NCBI GenBank assembly: GCA_018396535.1
Contig: JAGTQC010000003.1
Location: forward strand, 96,001-160,000
Origin: Candidatus Bathyarchaeota archaeon
GTDB taxonomy: Archaea > Thermoproteota > CALKCG01 > B24 > DRYS01
Direction: 5' to 3'
DNA length: 64,000 bases
Of the stretch, positions 38,729-49,090 are shown in pieces. A program made the translations under genes and the position numbers. The notes beneath the pieces were generated by a model. The model was not told the DNA's origin and did no database searches. It worked only from the letters and a program-made list of their open reading frames with translations. The stretch's first letter is position 1; each line of letters starts with the position of its first letter.

Positions 38729-39938
38729 AGATTGGAAACCTCCTACACATATCCACTACGTCTTTTCTCACATCCTCTATAGCAGCTTGGTCACCATTAT
38801 TCCTTATAACATGGTCTATCATCTTAGCGATATCAACCATCTCGCACTCAGTCATACCCCTAGCTGCTACACAGGGTGTTCCAAGTCTTAGACCGCTAGT
38901 AATATATGGAGGTTTATCATCGTATGGTACGAGATTCCTATTAACATATATTAATGCCTTCTCTAACATCTTTTGAGCTTTAAGTCCACTCATACCTTTA
39001 CTCCTTAGATCAACCAACAGTAGATGGTTATCCGTTCCACCGCTAACAATTCTATAACCTCTATCTAATAGACTTGAAGCTAGAGCTTTAGCATCCCGTA
39101 CTATTAGGCGTTGATACTCTCTAAACTCTTCTGTAGCCGCTAATTTGAAACATACAGCTTTAGCTGCAATTATATGCATTAAAGGCCCGCTTTGTATACC
39201 TGGGAATACTGCCCTATCTACAGCTTCACTCCACTCTTTACGACAGAGTATAAACCCGCCTCTAGGACCTCTCAAAGTTTTCTGCGTAGTAGATGTAACG
39301 AAATCCGCATATGGTGTTGGATTCATATGTATTCCAGCTGCTACAAGCCCAGCAATATGTGCCATATCGACCATAAATAGTGCTCCTACCTCATCACATA
39401 TTTCTCTGAATCTTTTAAAATCTATCTCCCTAGGATACGCACTTGCTCCAGCGATGATTAGTTTAGGCTTATACTCCCTAGCGATACTCTCTATCTCATC
39501 GTAATCTAAAACTTCTGTACTTCTATTTACGCCATAGAATGCGAATTTGTAAAAAATACCTGAAAAGTTTATAGGACTTCCATGGGTTAAGTGACCTCCA
39601 TGTGCTAGATCCATAGCTAGTACTCTATCTCTAGGCTTTAACGCTGCAAGATATACGGCTTGATTAGCCTGACTACCTGAATGAGGTTGAACATTAGCGT
39701 GCTCCGCACCGAATAATCTCTTCGCTCTCTCTACAGCTATCCTTTCTATTTCATCGTAGTATTCGCATCCACTATAATATCTCTTCCCAGGGTATCCCTC
39801 TGCATACTTATTAGTTAGTAGGCTTGCCTGTGCTTCTATAACTGCTTCGAATGCATAGTTCTCAGATGCTATAAGATCTATACCATACACCTGTCTTTCA
39901 CATTCTTTCGTAATCAATTCTGCTATCTCTGGATCCAC
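38709..39938 (-). CDS. glyA: serine hydroxymethyltransferase (bacterial THF type)
   Basis: [60 protein letters not shown]. Confidence 0.95.
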   Translation of the reverse strand: MDPEIAELITKECERQVYGIDLIASENYAFEAVIEAQASLLTNKYAEGYPGKRYYSGCEYYDEIERIAVERAKRLFGAEHANVQPHSGSQANQAVYLAALKPRDRVLAMDLAHGGHLTHGSPINFSGIFYKFAFYGVNRSTEVLDYDEIESIAREYKPKLIIAGASAYPREIDFKRFREICDEVGALFMVDMAHIAGLVAAGIHMNPTPYADFVTSTTQKTLRGPRGGFILCRKEWSEAVDRAVFPGIQSGPLMHIIAAKAVCFKLAATEEFREYQRLIVRDAKALASSLLDRGYRIVSGGTDNHLLLVDLRSKGMSGLKAQKMLEKALIYVNRNLVPYDDKPPYITSGLRLGTPCVAARGMTECEMVDIAKMIDHVIRNNGDQAAIEDVRKDVVDMCRRFPIYDWTTK

Positions 39939-39983
39939 ATCGACAAGTTTCAGAGCATGCTTTACGATAGCCCAGCACCCCCT

Positions 39984-41453
39984 CTACAACTCTATCTTTC
40001 CTCTACCTGGTATCCAATCTATACTACGGCCTAGCATACCCTTCCTCTCTCTATACTGGTATATCTCGCGTACAAGGTCTGCTAGAATCCTCCTCTTCTC
40101 TAAAAGTCTAGGAGTACCTATGTCGCTTCTATGGAATAGTCTCCATCCATCTAAAAGCCTCACGTAGGATATACATCGTTCAGCTATTTCCGAAGCTTCC
40201 TCTATACTATCAGCTTCAGCGTATATTTCACATGCTCTAGATCCACCTGTTAAGAGCTTTCCATCAACCATATCTACAGAGCTCCAGAAAAGCTTTCCCC
40301 CCCTCCTAGTTATAGCCTCCTCATCCACAGCTACGGGATGGCCCCTCGCTAGATCTCTTCTATCAGGATAACCTAATGGAGCTATACATTTAACTACTGT
40401 AGCTTTTTCGCGAAATTCGAGTTTAATCTTCGAAAGCTTCCGCTCGAGTATAGCTTCGCATATCTCTACCATATCTGTTTCAAGTATTGGAAGGATATTC
40501 TCCCCTTCCGGCTGCCCGAATCGGCTATACATCTCTATTATTGTTGGACCCCACTTATCTGTTAACATCATCTGCCCAGCGATTACCCCACGATAAAGCT
40601 CACCTGTCTCACTCTGTACAGCTTCGACCATTTTCCTAACGATCTCAACTGATCTATAGTATTCCTCCATAGTTATGAATGGTAGGGTTAATCCTTTACC
40701 ACATATAGAACCCATACCACCAGTTTCAGGTCCTAGATCATCCTCATATGCATGTTTATTATCCTGGACTAGGGGCATGGGAAGTATGGTCTCCCCATCG
40801 CTAAAGCATTGAAGTGTATATTCAGGCCCCTCAACCTTCTCTTCCAGTAGGATTTTCTCCTCTACATCTCTATAGTCTCTCATATGCTCTTTAACAACTC
40901 TCTCAGCATGTTTAGCTTTGACATCCCTCTTCTCTCTAGAAAGGTATACATGCATATCCGCTATAACCTTGACACCTTTACCTCCAGCTTGCCTAGCAGG
41001 CTTTATAGCTAAGCTCTCAGCATACTCGCTTATGTACGCTATAGCATCCTCTATGTTTTTGAATGCTTTAAATCTAAGCCTTCCTGGAATTTCATACTTC
41101 CACATAAGCTTTCTCATATAGGCTTTAGACATCTCTACTTCAGCTACAGCTTTACGTGCACCTATACACCCTATACCTCTTCGTTCAACCTCATCAGCTA
41201 CTCCATGGAATAGAGGCTCCTCAGGACCTACGAATACAAAATCCACGTTCAGCTCTTCAGCATAGTCTGCCACCTGTACAGGATCTATCGGGGAGCCTCT
41301 ACGATACCTACCCATGCTCTGTTCGCATATCCTAGCTATCCCAGGGTTGATGAGATGCATTAAAGCATAGATTCTAGGCTCCTTTACGCTTCTGGCTAAT
41401 GCTTCTGCTATCGCATGTTCTCTAGATCCATCACCTACGAGTAGAATTTTCAT
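39984..41453 (-). CDS. purD: GAR synthetase
   Basis: GDGSREHA, VGPEEPL, AGGKGV, GPETGGMGS, SRFGQPE. Confidence 0.93.
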   Translation of the reverse strand: MKILLVGDGSREHAIAEALARSVKEPRIYALMHLINPGIARICEQSMGRYRRGSPIDPVQVADYAEELNVDFVFVGPEEPLFHGVADEVERRGIGCIGARKAVAEVEMSKAYMRKLMWKYEIPGRLRFKAFKNIEDAIAYISEYAESLAIKPARQAGGKGVKVIADMHVYLSREKRDVKAKHAERVVKEHMRDYRDVEEKILLEEKVEGPEYTLQCFSDGETILPMPLVQDNKHAYEDDLGPETGGMGSICGKGLTLPFITMEEYYRSVEIVRKMVEAVQSETGELYRGVIAGQMMLTDKWGPTIIEMYSRFGQPEGENILPILETDMVEICEAILERKLSKIKLEFREKATVVKCIAPLGYPDRRDLARGHPVAVDEEAITRRGGKLFWSSVDMVDGKLLTGGSRACEIYAEADSIEEASEIAERCISYVRLLDGWRLFHRSDIGTPRLLEKRRILADLVREIYQYRERKGMLGRSIDWIPGRGKIEL

Positions 41454-42740
41454 CTAGCTACCTCCACCATCTGGATATACGCCTGTAAAACATCCAAGGC
41501 ATAGTGAATCTTTAGTTAAGCCTATAGCTTCTACAAGCCTATCCACAGGTAGGTAACTGAAACTATCTGCACCTATAACATCTGCTATTTCCTCAGGTGT
41601 TAATGCCCTACCTATAAGTTCATCCTCTGGTGGGACAGCTGTGCCATAAGGGCATCTAGCCTTTATAGCAGGGCTACCTATCCTAACATGAACTTCCTTA
41701 GCCCCCCTCTTCCTGAGTATATATACGGTATTCCTTAGCGTAGTACCCCTTACAACGCTATCATCTATCAAAACAACTCTCCTACCTCTTACGGCACTCC
41801 TAATAGGGTTTAGTTTAAGCTGAACACCCATCAATCTCTCAATCTCCGTAGGCCTTATAGCTGTTCTCATACTTCTTCCAGTCCTATAGAACCCCATTTC
41901 TACAGGTATACCTCTAGCTTGAGCATAAGCCATAGCGAATGGTATCGCAGTCTCTGGTACACCTATAACTACGTCAGCATCTACAGGATCGATATCAGAT
42001 AAAAATACCCCTATCTTCTTCCTAACATCGTAAACATGTATACCGTTGATTATGGAATCTGGCCTAGCATAGTAGACATACTCGAATGAACAGTAGGCTC
42101 TCATTCCACTATTTACAACATTTCTCCTTACATCAAACTTCTCGATAACGAATACCTCACCGGGCTCTATATCTCTAGATAGATCGGCTCCGACTACGTC
42201 TAAAGCAGAAGATTCTGAAGCTAGTATAGCTAGATCGAATCCAAGCCCACCTATACATAGAGGTTTAACACCTAGTTTGTCTCTTGCTGCCATCATACGT
42301 CCATCGCTAGTAATGCATACAAAGCTATACCCTCCCCTAAACTTCTCGATCGTCGCCTCTCCAGCTTGCTCTGCATTATTCTCTATAAGCTTACTTAGTA
42401 AGAATTCCGCCATCCCACGGAAGTTTGCATTGATTAAACCTCCCGAAGCATATAGGATAAGAGTTAATCCATTCTTGGATACGATTAGAGGTCTCCCCAT
42501 TTTCTTGCTAGTAGCTGTACACCCGCATCCTACGTATCCTTTAAGCCTACTAATACTGGTTTCTGTGAACCCCTCTTCAACTAAGCCCGCCACTGTCTTA
42601 GTATATATCCCCCCTTCCTTCCATGTCGTTATGGAGCTATACTCTTGTCCTCTATGCTGAAGCCCCATTAGCCCATAGTATATGAATCTAGATACTGACC
42701 ATAAGTCATCGAATGCATATATGCCTAGAATACCACTCAC
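41454..42740 (-). CDS. purF: amidophosphoribosyltransferase paralog with Ser in place of the catalytic N-terminal Cys
   Basis: MSGILG, LQHRGQE, CSFEYVYYARPDS, DDSVVRGTT, CLGCFTG. Confidence 0.85.
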   Translation of the reverse strand: MSGILGIYAFDDLWSVSRFIYYGLMGLQHRGQEYSSITTWKEGGIYTKTVAGLVEEGFTETSISRLKGYVGCGCTATSKKMGRPLIVSKNGLTLILYASGGLINANFRGMAEFLLSKLIENNAEQAGEATIEKFRGGYSFVCITSDGRMMAARDKLGVKPLCIGGLGFDLAILASESSALDVVGADLSRDIEPGEVFVIEKFDVRRNVVNSGMRAYCSFEYVYYARPDSIINGIHVYDVRKKIGVFLSDIDPVDADVVIGVPETAIPFAMAYAQARGIPVEMGFYRTGRSMRTAIRPTEIERLMGVQLKLNPIRSAVRGRRVVLIDDSVVRGTTLRNTVYILRKRGAKEVHVRIGSPAIKARCPYGTAVPPEDELIGRALTPEEIADVIGADSFSYLPVDRLVEAIGLTKDSLCLGCFTGVYPDGGGS

Positions 42741-44137
42741 TCCTTAACCCACCTCCCACTTAAAATTTTAGGATCAATTTCCATAGGATAGACACCTGTC
42801 AGACATGCTAAACAGAGTTCAGATTCATCTATACCTATAGATTCGATCAATCCATCTATTGTCATATATGTTAAGCTATCTGCACCTATATTCCTTCTAA
42901 TATCCTCCATACCTTTATCACACGCTATAAGCTCGTCATATGTCGGAAAATCTACACCCATATAGCATGGCGAGACTATAGGAGGACATGTAACTGCTAG
43001 ATGGACTTCTCTAGCACCAGCCTTACGTAAAATAGATACTAGCACCTTAGAAGTAGTTCCTCTTACTATACTATCATCAATCATTATTACACGTTTATCT
43101 TTCAAAACTTCCCTTATAGGATTGAATTTCATGGTTACATATTCACCCCTATCCTCAGGCATTATGAAGGTCCTCCATACGTATCTATTAACACCGAAAC
43201 CTTCTGCTAGAGGAACCCCGCTTCTTTTAGAAAAACCTAATGCAGCTATCCTACTAGTCTCAGGTACTGGTATAACTACATCAGCATCTACATTACAGAG
43301 CTCTGCAAGCTTTTCACCAAGCCTATACCTCACCCTATATACACTTATACCCTCTATCATAGAGTCTGGGCGAGAGAAATACACCCACTCAAACATACAA
43401 TGTGCATGTCTATCACATTTTACCCACTCTACTTCCAGTAGTTCATCATCTGCTACAATTATCGTACCTGGAGGTATATCTCTAGCGAATTTAGCTCCAA
43501 CAACATCTAAAGCTGAACTTTCAGATGAGAAAACGTAGTTTGAATAATCTATAAGGCCTATACATAGAGGTTTGACCCCGTATTTATCCCTGAAAGCTAT
43601 CAGTGCACCATTATCAAGGAGGAGTAACGCTGAATAGGATCCAACAAGCTCCTGCATAGCATATCCGATGGAGTCTATTATACCCCAACCCTTCTTGATA
43701 TATTTCGATATAAGGTAGCCTATAACTTCTAAATCAGATGTTGTCGAAAAACTATACCCTTCACTTTCCAGTTTTTCTCTAAGCTCTCCATAGTTAGCGA
43801 TATTCCCGTTAAAACATAGTGAAAACTTTTGTGTAGAATTAAACTCCATAGGCTGGCTATTTTCGATTCTATTCATACCGCGAGTAGAGTATCTTACGTG
43901 TCCTATCCCGCATTTTCCATCGAGAAGCTTTAACCTTTTAGGATCAAATACCTCTAGCACTAATCCTAAGCCTTTATAAGTATGTATTCTACCGTGATTG
44001 ATTATACTTATACCTGCAGATTCTTGCCCCCTATGTTGAAGGGCTAATAACCCTTGGAATATGACTTCCGCTACGTTTATATTGTTTAGGGTATTGGAAG
44101 TTATCCCGAATACTCCACAGCTTTCTCTTAACTTCAA
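42737..44137 (-). CDS. purF: amidophosphoribosyltransferase (propeptide MKLRES followed by catalytic Cys)
   Basis: ESCGVFG, LQHRGQESAG, GHVRYST, CMFEWVYFSRPDS, DDSIVRGTT, CLACLTG. Confidence 0.95.
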   Translation of the reverse strand: MKLRESCGVFGITSNTLNNINVAEVIFQGLLALQHRGQESAGISIINHGRIHTYKGLGLVLEVFDPKRLKLLDGKCGIGHVRYSTRGMNRIENSQPMEFNSTQKFSLCFNGNIANYGELREKLESEGYSFSTTSDLEVIGYLISKYIKKGWGIIDSIGYAMQELVGSYSALLLLDNGALIAFRDKYGVKPLCIGLIDYSNYVFSSESSALDVVGAKFARDIPPGTIIVADDELLEVEWVKCDRHAHCMFEWVYFSRPDSMIEGISVYRVRYRLGEKLAELCNVDADVVIPVPETSRIAALGFSKRSGVPLAEGFGVNRYVWRTFIMPEDRGEYVTMKFNPIREVLKDKRVIMIDDSIVRGTTSKVLVSILRKAGAREVHLAVTCPPIVSPCYMGVDFPTYDELIACDKGMEDIRRNIGADSLTYMTIDGLIESIGIDESELCLACLTGVYPMEIDPKILSGRWVKE

Positions 44138-44215
44138 TCCCCCCGATTATTAGCCCTCCTCTTAGTAAACCCTATCTGATTAACATTTTACACATATACA
44201 TGAAAAAACTATATG

Positions 44216-44230
44216 GAGAAATCTATATGA
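44216..44230. promoter_or_regulatory. 15-bp motif GAGAAATCTATATGA upstream of the pur operon (second copy at 46017-46031)
   Basis: Exact match at two intergenic sites. Confidence 0.35.
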
Positions 44231-44402
44231 AAATTTTTATCTACAATAGTTGCTTCCAGTATATTTTTACACATAAATGTCAATTATAGTCTAGGTAATA
44301 ATACTTCGACTATTGTATACATGCATCCGTAAATATGATGACCATCAGCGATTGCTTACTAGAAAGCTTATGATATACCGACTGGATAAAAGGTATATGG
44401 AT

Positions 44403-44951
44403 ATGGTTCTCATAAAACGCATAGATTTCTATTTTGATCGCTTCGGCTATGAAAATACGCTTTACGTGGTAGAGGCTGTTAGAGATAGAGTGAAAGAGCT
44501 TGGGTTAAAATGGGTCATAGTGGCTAGTACCAGTGGAGCTACAGGTTTAAAATTCGTTGAATCATTAAGAGGTTTAGCAGATGTTATAGTTGTATCATAC
44601 AAGAGTATGGATAGAAGCTTTGTGGAAAAGATAAGAGAGCTAGGGGGTCTTATAGTAGAGAATTGTGATACTCCGCTAAGTAATCCTAGGCTCAAACAAG
44701 CTAGAGATACACTGTATCTTATGGGCCAAGGGTTTAAAGTCGCTGTTGAAGTTGTATTGATAGCTACAGATCTAGGATTAGTAAAGATAGGTGCAGATGT
44801 GGTTGGAGTCGGAGGTACTGAAAGGGGTGCTGATACCGCCATAGTGATGAGGGCAGCCCCCTCAAATAGCTTGTTGAAAGGTCCTGGGGATAGAAGGCCT
44901 GTTATCAGGGAGATAATAGCTATGCCTAGAGTTAAAATGTGGTGGTTCTAA
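44403..44951 (+). CDS. standalone pyruvate kinase C-terminal (alpha/beta) domain protein
   Basis: YFDRFGYENT, VASTSGAT, GQGFKVAVE..LIATDLG, GGTERGADTA, REIIAMP; TATA-like AAAGCTTAT ~30 nt upstream. Confidence 0.8.
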   Translation: MVLIKRIDFYFDRFGYENTLYVVEAVRDRVKELGLKWVIVASTSGATGLKFVESLRGLADVIVVSYKSMDRSFVEKIRELGGLIVENCDTPLSNPRLKQARDTLYLMGQGFKVAVEVVLIATDLGLVKIGADVVGVGGTERGADTAIVMRAAPSNSLLKGPGDRRPVIREIIAMPRVKMWWF

Positions 44952-45942
44952 TCTTAGATTTCATCCTCCAGTAGCTTCTGATTATTTCAGTAGGTTCTCT
45001 AAAGGTCAGGGATATGCCAGTCGTACATGTAAGCCAGCATCCATCACAATGCTCTGCGATACGCATTATCATACTCCGTTCTCTATCTATTATCATTTCC
45101 AGCCTCTCCTTAATCAGATTTCCAAGTATTACGTCATCTCTAGTACTACAAGGTATCACCGCTCCATCTGGTTGTATTGATATGTAAAGTCTTCCTGCAT
45201 CGCATACTTTATGTATGTTTCCAGACATATAGCTAACCATTCCGTCTATGTAGCTTTTTGGAAGTGGTACAGGTGTATCGGTTCTCTTTTTAAATTCGTG
45301 CAACTCTTCAGCTAGCCTATACGCTAACTTCGCATCTATTATTTGCGGGGGGTTCACAGGTTGTATAGTAAGGAAATCTACCTTATCACTTATATTATTC
45401 CATAGCTCGATTATCCTCCAAATATTATCTCGTGTAACCACAGTATTAACACCTACAGTTGCTCCATGCCTCTTAAGTATGGTTATAGCTTTCAATGCTT
45501 TATCGTATGCTCCGTCTACGCCTCTTACCTTATCGTGTAATATGCCTATATCATCTATGGATATTATTATGTAATCGAAGACTTTGCTAAGTTTTTGTGC
45601 GTTACCTTCGTTTACAAGTGTACCGTTAGTATTTATGGATGTTAACATACCATAATTCTTTGCTTCGTATGCGAGCTTCACTATATCTAACCTTAAAAGC
45701 GGCTCTCCGCCACTAAACCCTAAGCTAGGTATACCTGCATCTCCCACATTCTTCACTATCCTAGTAGCCTCCTCATAGTTAGCTTCTCTACATGCACTCT
45801 GTCTCCATACGCTGCAGAAACTACACCTCAGGTTACACCTTAAAGTAACGTTGTAAAACGCTGCTAAGGGTTTCCATGCTTTAAGCTTTAACTCCATGTA
45901 CCTAGCTAACATTCTTATGTATGGAATCATCAATCGCTTCAT
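44932..45942 (-). CDS. radical SAM protein with SPASM/twitch domain
   Basis: CNLRCSFC, SGGEPLLR, NTNG, C-terminal C.AG...PC...CDGCWLTC. Confidence 0.88.
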   Translation of the reverse strand: MKRLMIPYIRMLARYMELKLKAWKPLAAFYNVTLRCNLRCSFCSVWRQSACREANYEEATRIVKNVGDAGIPSLGFSGGEPLLRLDIVKLAYEAKNYGMLTSINTNGTLVNEGNAQKLSKVFDYIIISIDDIGILHDKVRGVDGAYDKALKAITILKRHGATVGVNTVVTRDNIWRIIELWNNISDKVDFLTIQPVNPPQIIDAKLAYRLAEELHEFKKRTDTPVPLPKSYIDGMVSYMSGNIHKVCDAGRLYISIQPDGAVIPCSTRDDVILGNLIKERLEMIIDRERSMIMRIAEHCDGCWLTCTTGISLTFREPTEIIRSYWRMKSKIRTTTF

Positions 45943-46016
45943 ATAATAATACTATTCTTAACTTGTTATTAAGCTAAATTTCTCATAGAGTTATATCAGA
46001 TCATAGACTACAAATA

Positions 46017-46031
46017 GAGAAATCTATATGA
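46017..46031. promoter_or_regulatory. second copy of GAGAAATCTATATGA, upstream of the radical SAM gene
   Basis: Exact match to 44216-44230. Confidence 0.35.
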
Positions 46032-46048
46032 TGGTTATATAAATGCTT

Positions 46049-47830
46049 CTAGGAGGTTGTATCTATAGAAGTTTCCTCCTCTATCGTCTTAAGCTGCATT
46101 CTATACATTTCAACGATCTCTGCGGTTGTGGTAGCATCTTCTGGCCGTTTATCTTCTCTAAACCTTATGAGTCTTGGAAACCTTATAGCTAAACCACTTT
46201 TAGGTCTTATGATACCAAACCCGCATGTATGCATTGGACTTAGTGTTATTTCATCGCCTATAACCTCCGCGACGATCGCAGGTATAAACCAGTAATCGGC
46301 TTCCATATTGGATTCCACACGTGGATGTTTATGGCTTATAAGATATGGCTTGAATATCTCAGGTAGCCTTGCAAGATCTTCATCAGTAAAACCTGAACCT
46401 AGTTTACATATTGTTTCGAATCTATCCTTTTCCGGATTATATACGGCCATGAGGAGTGCACCATATGTTCCAGCCCTCTTACCTCTGCCTGCGAATGCTC
46501 CTACAGCCACGAGATCTACTGTATCAACCATCTCAGACCTATATGACCTCTTCCATTTAATCCATTGCCATCCCCTTTTACCTGCCTCATATATACTATC
46601 TGGAAGTATAGATTTACATATGAGCCCCTCAGTCCCGTCCTGTATAGCTTTATGGAAGAAATTCTCTATCTCTTCAATATTCCCACTTATGATATACTGT
46701 GCTAGTTTAACCCTATCCGTTTCTTCGATCACTGTCTCCAACACCTTCTTCCTCTCTAAGTATGGTTTAACAGTTAAATCAATTCCATCTAGATAAAGGA
46801 TATCGAAAAGGAATAATGTTACAGGGATTTCTTCAGCATACCTATCTATATCATACTTCCTCCTTCTCTGAGCTACAACCTGGAATGGTAATAGTTCTCC
46901 TGTATTAGGATCTACTGGTACAGCTTCTCCATCGAGTATAGCTTCACGAGCCTTTAGACATTTCCTAAGAACTTCGACTATATCTGGAAATTGCTTCGTT
47001 ATGTTCTCTTGTCTTCTAGAGAAGAGGAGAACGGTTCCATCGGATATATGTGCTTGAATCCTCAGCCCGTCATACTTGTATTCCGCTATACATTTCCCGT
47101 TAAGTTTTCCTAAAATCTCGTTTAATGATGAGAGTCTCTCAGCTAACTGTGGTTTTATAGGTCTTCCTACAGTTATCCTTATGCTTTTTATAGCGTCTAC
47201 ACCGCCTTCGGCTAGAGCCTTAGCGATGAGTCCTATATCCGACGTTATATTGTATGCTCTTTCTATTATATCCCTAAGTTCTCTACTACCTCCGTATGCT
47301 ATCGCTAACGCATCTAGTATAGTCATCTCCGCTACACCAAGTCTAAGCCTACCTGATGCTATTCGTGAAAGATACTTAGCTTCCTTTGGTGTAGCATCTG
47401 TTAGTAATCCAGCAAATAGCTTAATTTTTGTATCCTGAGCCCCCTCACCAGAGATTCTACACATTTTTTCAAACGTAGAATAAACCTTCTCGACCGTGAG
47501 CGGTTGACTGAATAACGCAGCTTTACGTCTAGTAGAAAGTAGCTTCTCGGCTACAAGCCCAGAATCCCCTAAAGTTTTATACTCTTGCTCCACCCTACTA
47601 TCTTGTATACCTGTAGCTAGAGATATCGCTCTCAATACAAGTTTATCTGCTAATCCTATCTCTAATCCTACATAGGGTGGATAAACTTCACCTAGCGTAA
47701 GATATACTACCTTATCCATAAGGTTTGGAGGAGTCTCGCGGAATAGGTGTACTAATATATCCATCATAGCAAGTCTACTAGTGGTGGCTTCAAGCTTTTC
47801 GAAATGTTCAGTTAATGTTTTAAAAAACAT
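46049..47830 (-). CDS. lig: ATP-dependent DNA ligase
   Basis: EYKYDGLRIQ, DGE, FDILY, EGLICK, WIKWK, RFPR; start ATG 47830. Confidence 0.97.
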   Translation of the reverse strand: MFFKTLTEHFEKLEATTSRLAMMDILVHLFRETPPNLMDKVVYLTLGEVYPPYVGLEIGLADKLVLRAISLATGIQDSRVEQEYKTLGDSGLVAEKLLSTRRKAALFSQPLTVEKVYSTFEKMCRISGEGAQDTKIKLFAGLLTDATPKEAKYLSRIASGRLRLGVAEMTILDALAIAYGGSRELRDIIERAYNITSDIGLIAKALAEGGVDAIKSIRITVGRPIKPQLAERLSSLNEILGKLNGKCIAEYKYDGLRIQAHISDGTVLLFSRRQENITKQFPDIVEVLRKCLKAREAILDGEAVPVDPNTGELLPFQVVAQRRRKYDIDRYAEEIPVTLFLFDILYLDGIDLTVKPYLERKKVLETVIEETDRVKLAQYIISGNIEEIENFFHKAIQDGTEGLICKSILPDSIYEAGKRGWQWIKWKRSYRSEMVDTVDLVAVGAFAGRGKRAGTYGALLMAVYNPEKDRFETICKLGSGFTDEDLARLPEIFKPYLISHKHPRVESNMEADYWFIPAIVAEVIGDEITLSPMHTCGFGIIRPKSGLAIRFPRLIRFREDKRPEDATTTAEIVEMYRMQLKTIEEETSIDTTS

Positions 47831-47916
47831 ATACCCACCTATCTTATGAAATATGATAGTCTGGTCGATATAAGGATTGTACACCCAAATATACTCCTCC
47901 GAATGTTATCCACGTA

Positions 47917-49038
47917 TTAGTATTTGATCGTAAAGCTGAGTACATCCCTGTATCCTAAGGATCTAGCTGTATCCTCTGCTTTATTCAAATCATCGAATTC
48001 TGTGTGGATGAGAATTCTACCTTTACTAAATCTTTTAGAGAGCTTGACTATATTGCTAGGTTTAACTCCTAGAAGTACTAAGTTTAATCCAGCTTCCAGT
48101 ATCTTATCGTATAGATGAAACCAGCATGGGTCATCTACATCAGGTTTCCCAGCTCCAGGAGTCCATTGTATAGCTTTCAACCCGGGTAGAGAGCAGATCC
48201 TATTAATATGCTGGATTTCACCAAGCCCATCGAGATGGTATACAGGATACTCTAGTCTTTCACATAATCTAGCTAGGGGTTTAAAAGCTAGATCCTCGAA
48301 TAATGTAGGTGACATATAAACTGAAAGGTCACATTGTATAGGGTATCCTAAACCTGGATATAGAATATTCATCCAGCATGACATTACGCTAAGGTTCGAA
48401 AGTATCATTTTTGAGTGGCGATTATATACTTCAAGCCATGCATCCACTACTATATCTAATAACTTTACTACTTTAGATCTATTCCTAAAGCTATCTATGA
48501 ATAATCTTTCAACTCCTCTAAGCATACCTGCCACATCGGTAGGTCCACCTATATCGGTAATACCTACTATAAATTTCCCCCTCCCTCTTCTACATGCTTC
48601 TATGGTAAGTCTATCTGTAAGTTCCCAGTAATCTCCTTTAGGTTTAGCTTCAAGCTTATCTAAGTAGCTCCAATCGAATCCCCCATCAAACCATACAGTA
48701 TCTTCCATGAGTATAGGTTTAGCTCCAAGGAAAGCCGAAAGGGCGCCTGGCCCTAAATTTATCCATAGCCTCGGAAAACCGTCTCCGATAAATACTGTTT
48801 TATCCACCCATTCCTCAAATAGATCTATAACCCTATTAGGGTTCTCCCCATGTCTGATTAATTTAACTATACTCCATGAATCCCACGATTTCCAAGATCC
48901 TATATACATAGGATTGGGTGCCGAGGCTACCAAAAGCGCATCTGTATAGGTTTCTCCTTCAAACCATGCTTTAAAATCGTCTATTAATCGATTTATATAA
49001 TCCATTCTGTTATTAGACTTCACTAGTTGACTATCCAT
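47917..49038 (-). CDS. UroD/methyltransferase-like TIM-barrel hypothetical protein
   Basis: NLGPG..AFLG, TDIGG..D, RG.E.L, QCD...MSP, YHLDG, AIQWTPGAG. Confidence 0.6.
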   Translation of the reverse strand: MDSQLVKSNNRMDYINRLIDDFKAWFEGETYTDALLVASAPNPMYIGSWKSWDSWSIVKLIRHGENPNRVIDLFEEWVDKTVFIGDGFPRLWINLGPGALSAFLGAKPILMEDTVWFDGGFDWSYLDKLEAKPKGDYWELTDRLTIEACRRGRGKFIVGITDIGGPTDVAGMLRGVERLFIDSFRNRSKVVKLLDIVVDAWLEVYNRHSKMILSNLSVMSCWMNILYPGLGYPIQCDLSVYMSPTLFEDLAFKPLARLCERLEYPVYHLDGLGEIQHINRICSLPGLKAIQWTPGAGKPDVDDPCWFHLYDKILEAGLNLVLLGVKPSNIVKLSKRFSKGRILIHTEFDDLNKAEDTARSLGYRDVLSFTIKY

Positions 49039-49090
49039 ATAAATCTTACTATGATTATAGGTTATGTTTAGGTTATGTTGCTGATATATT

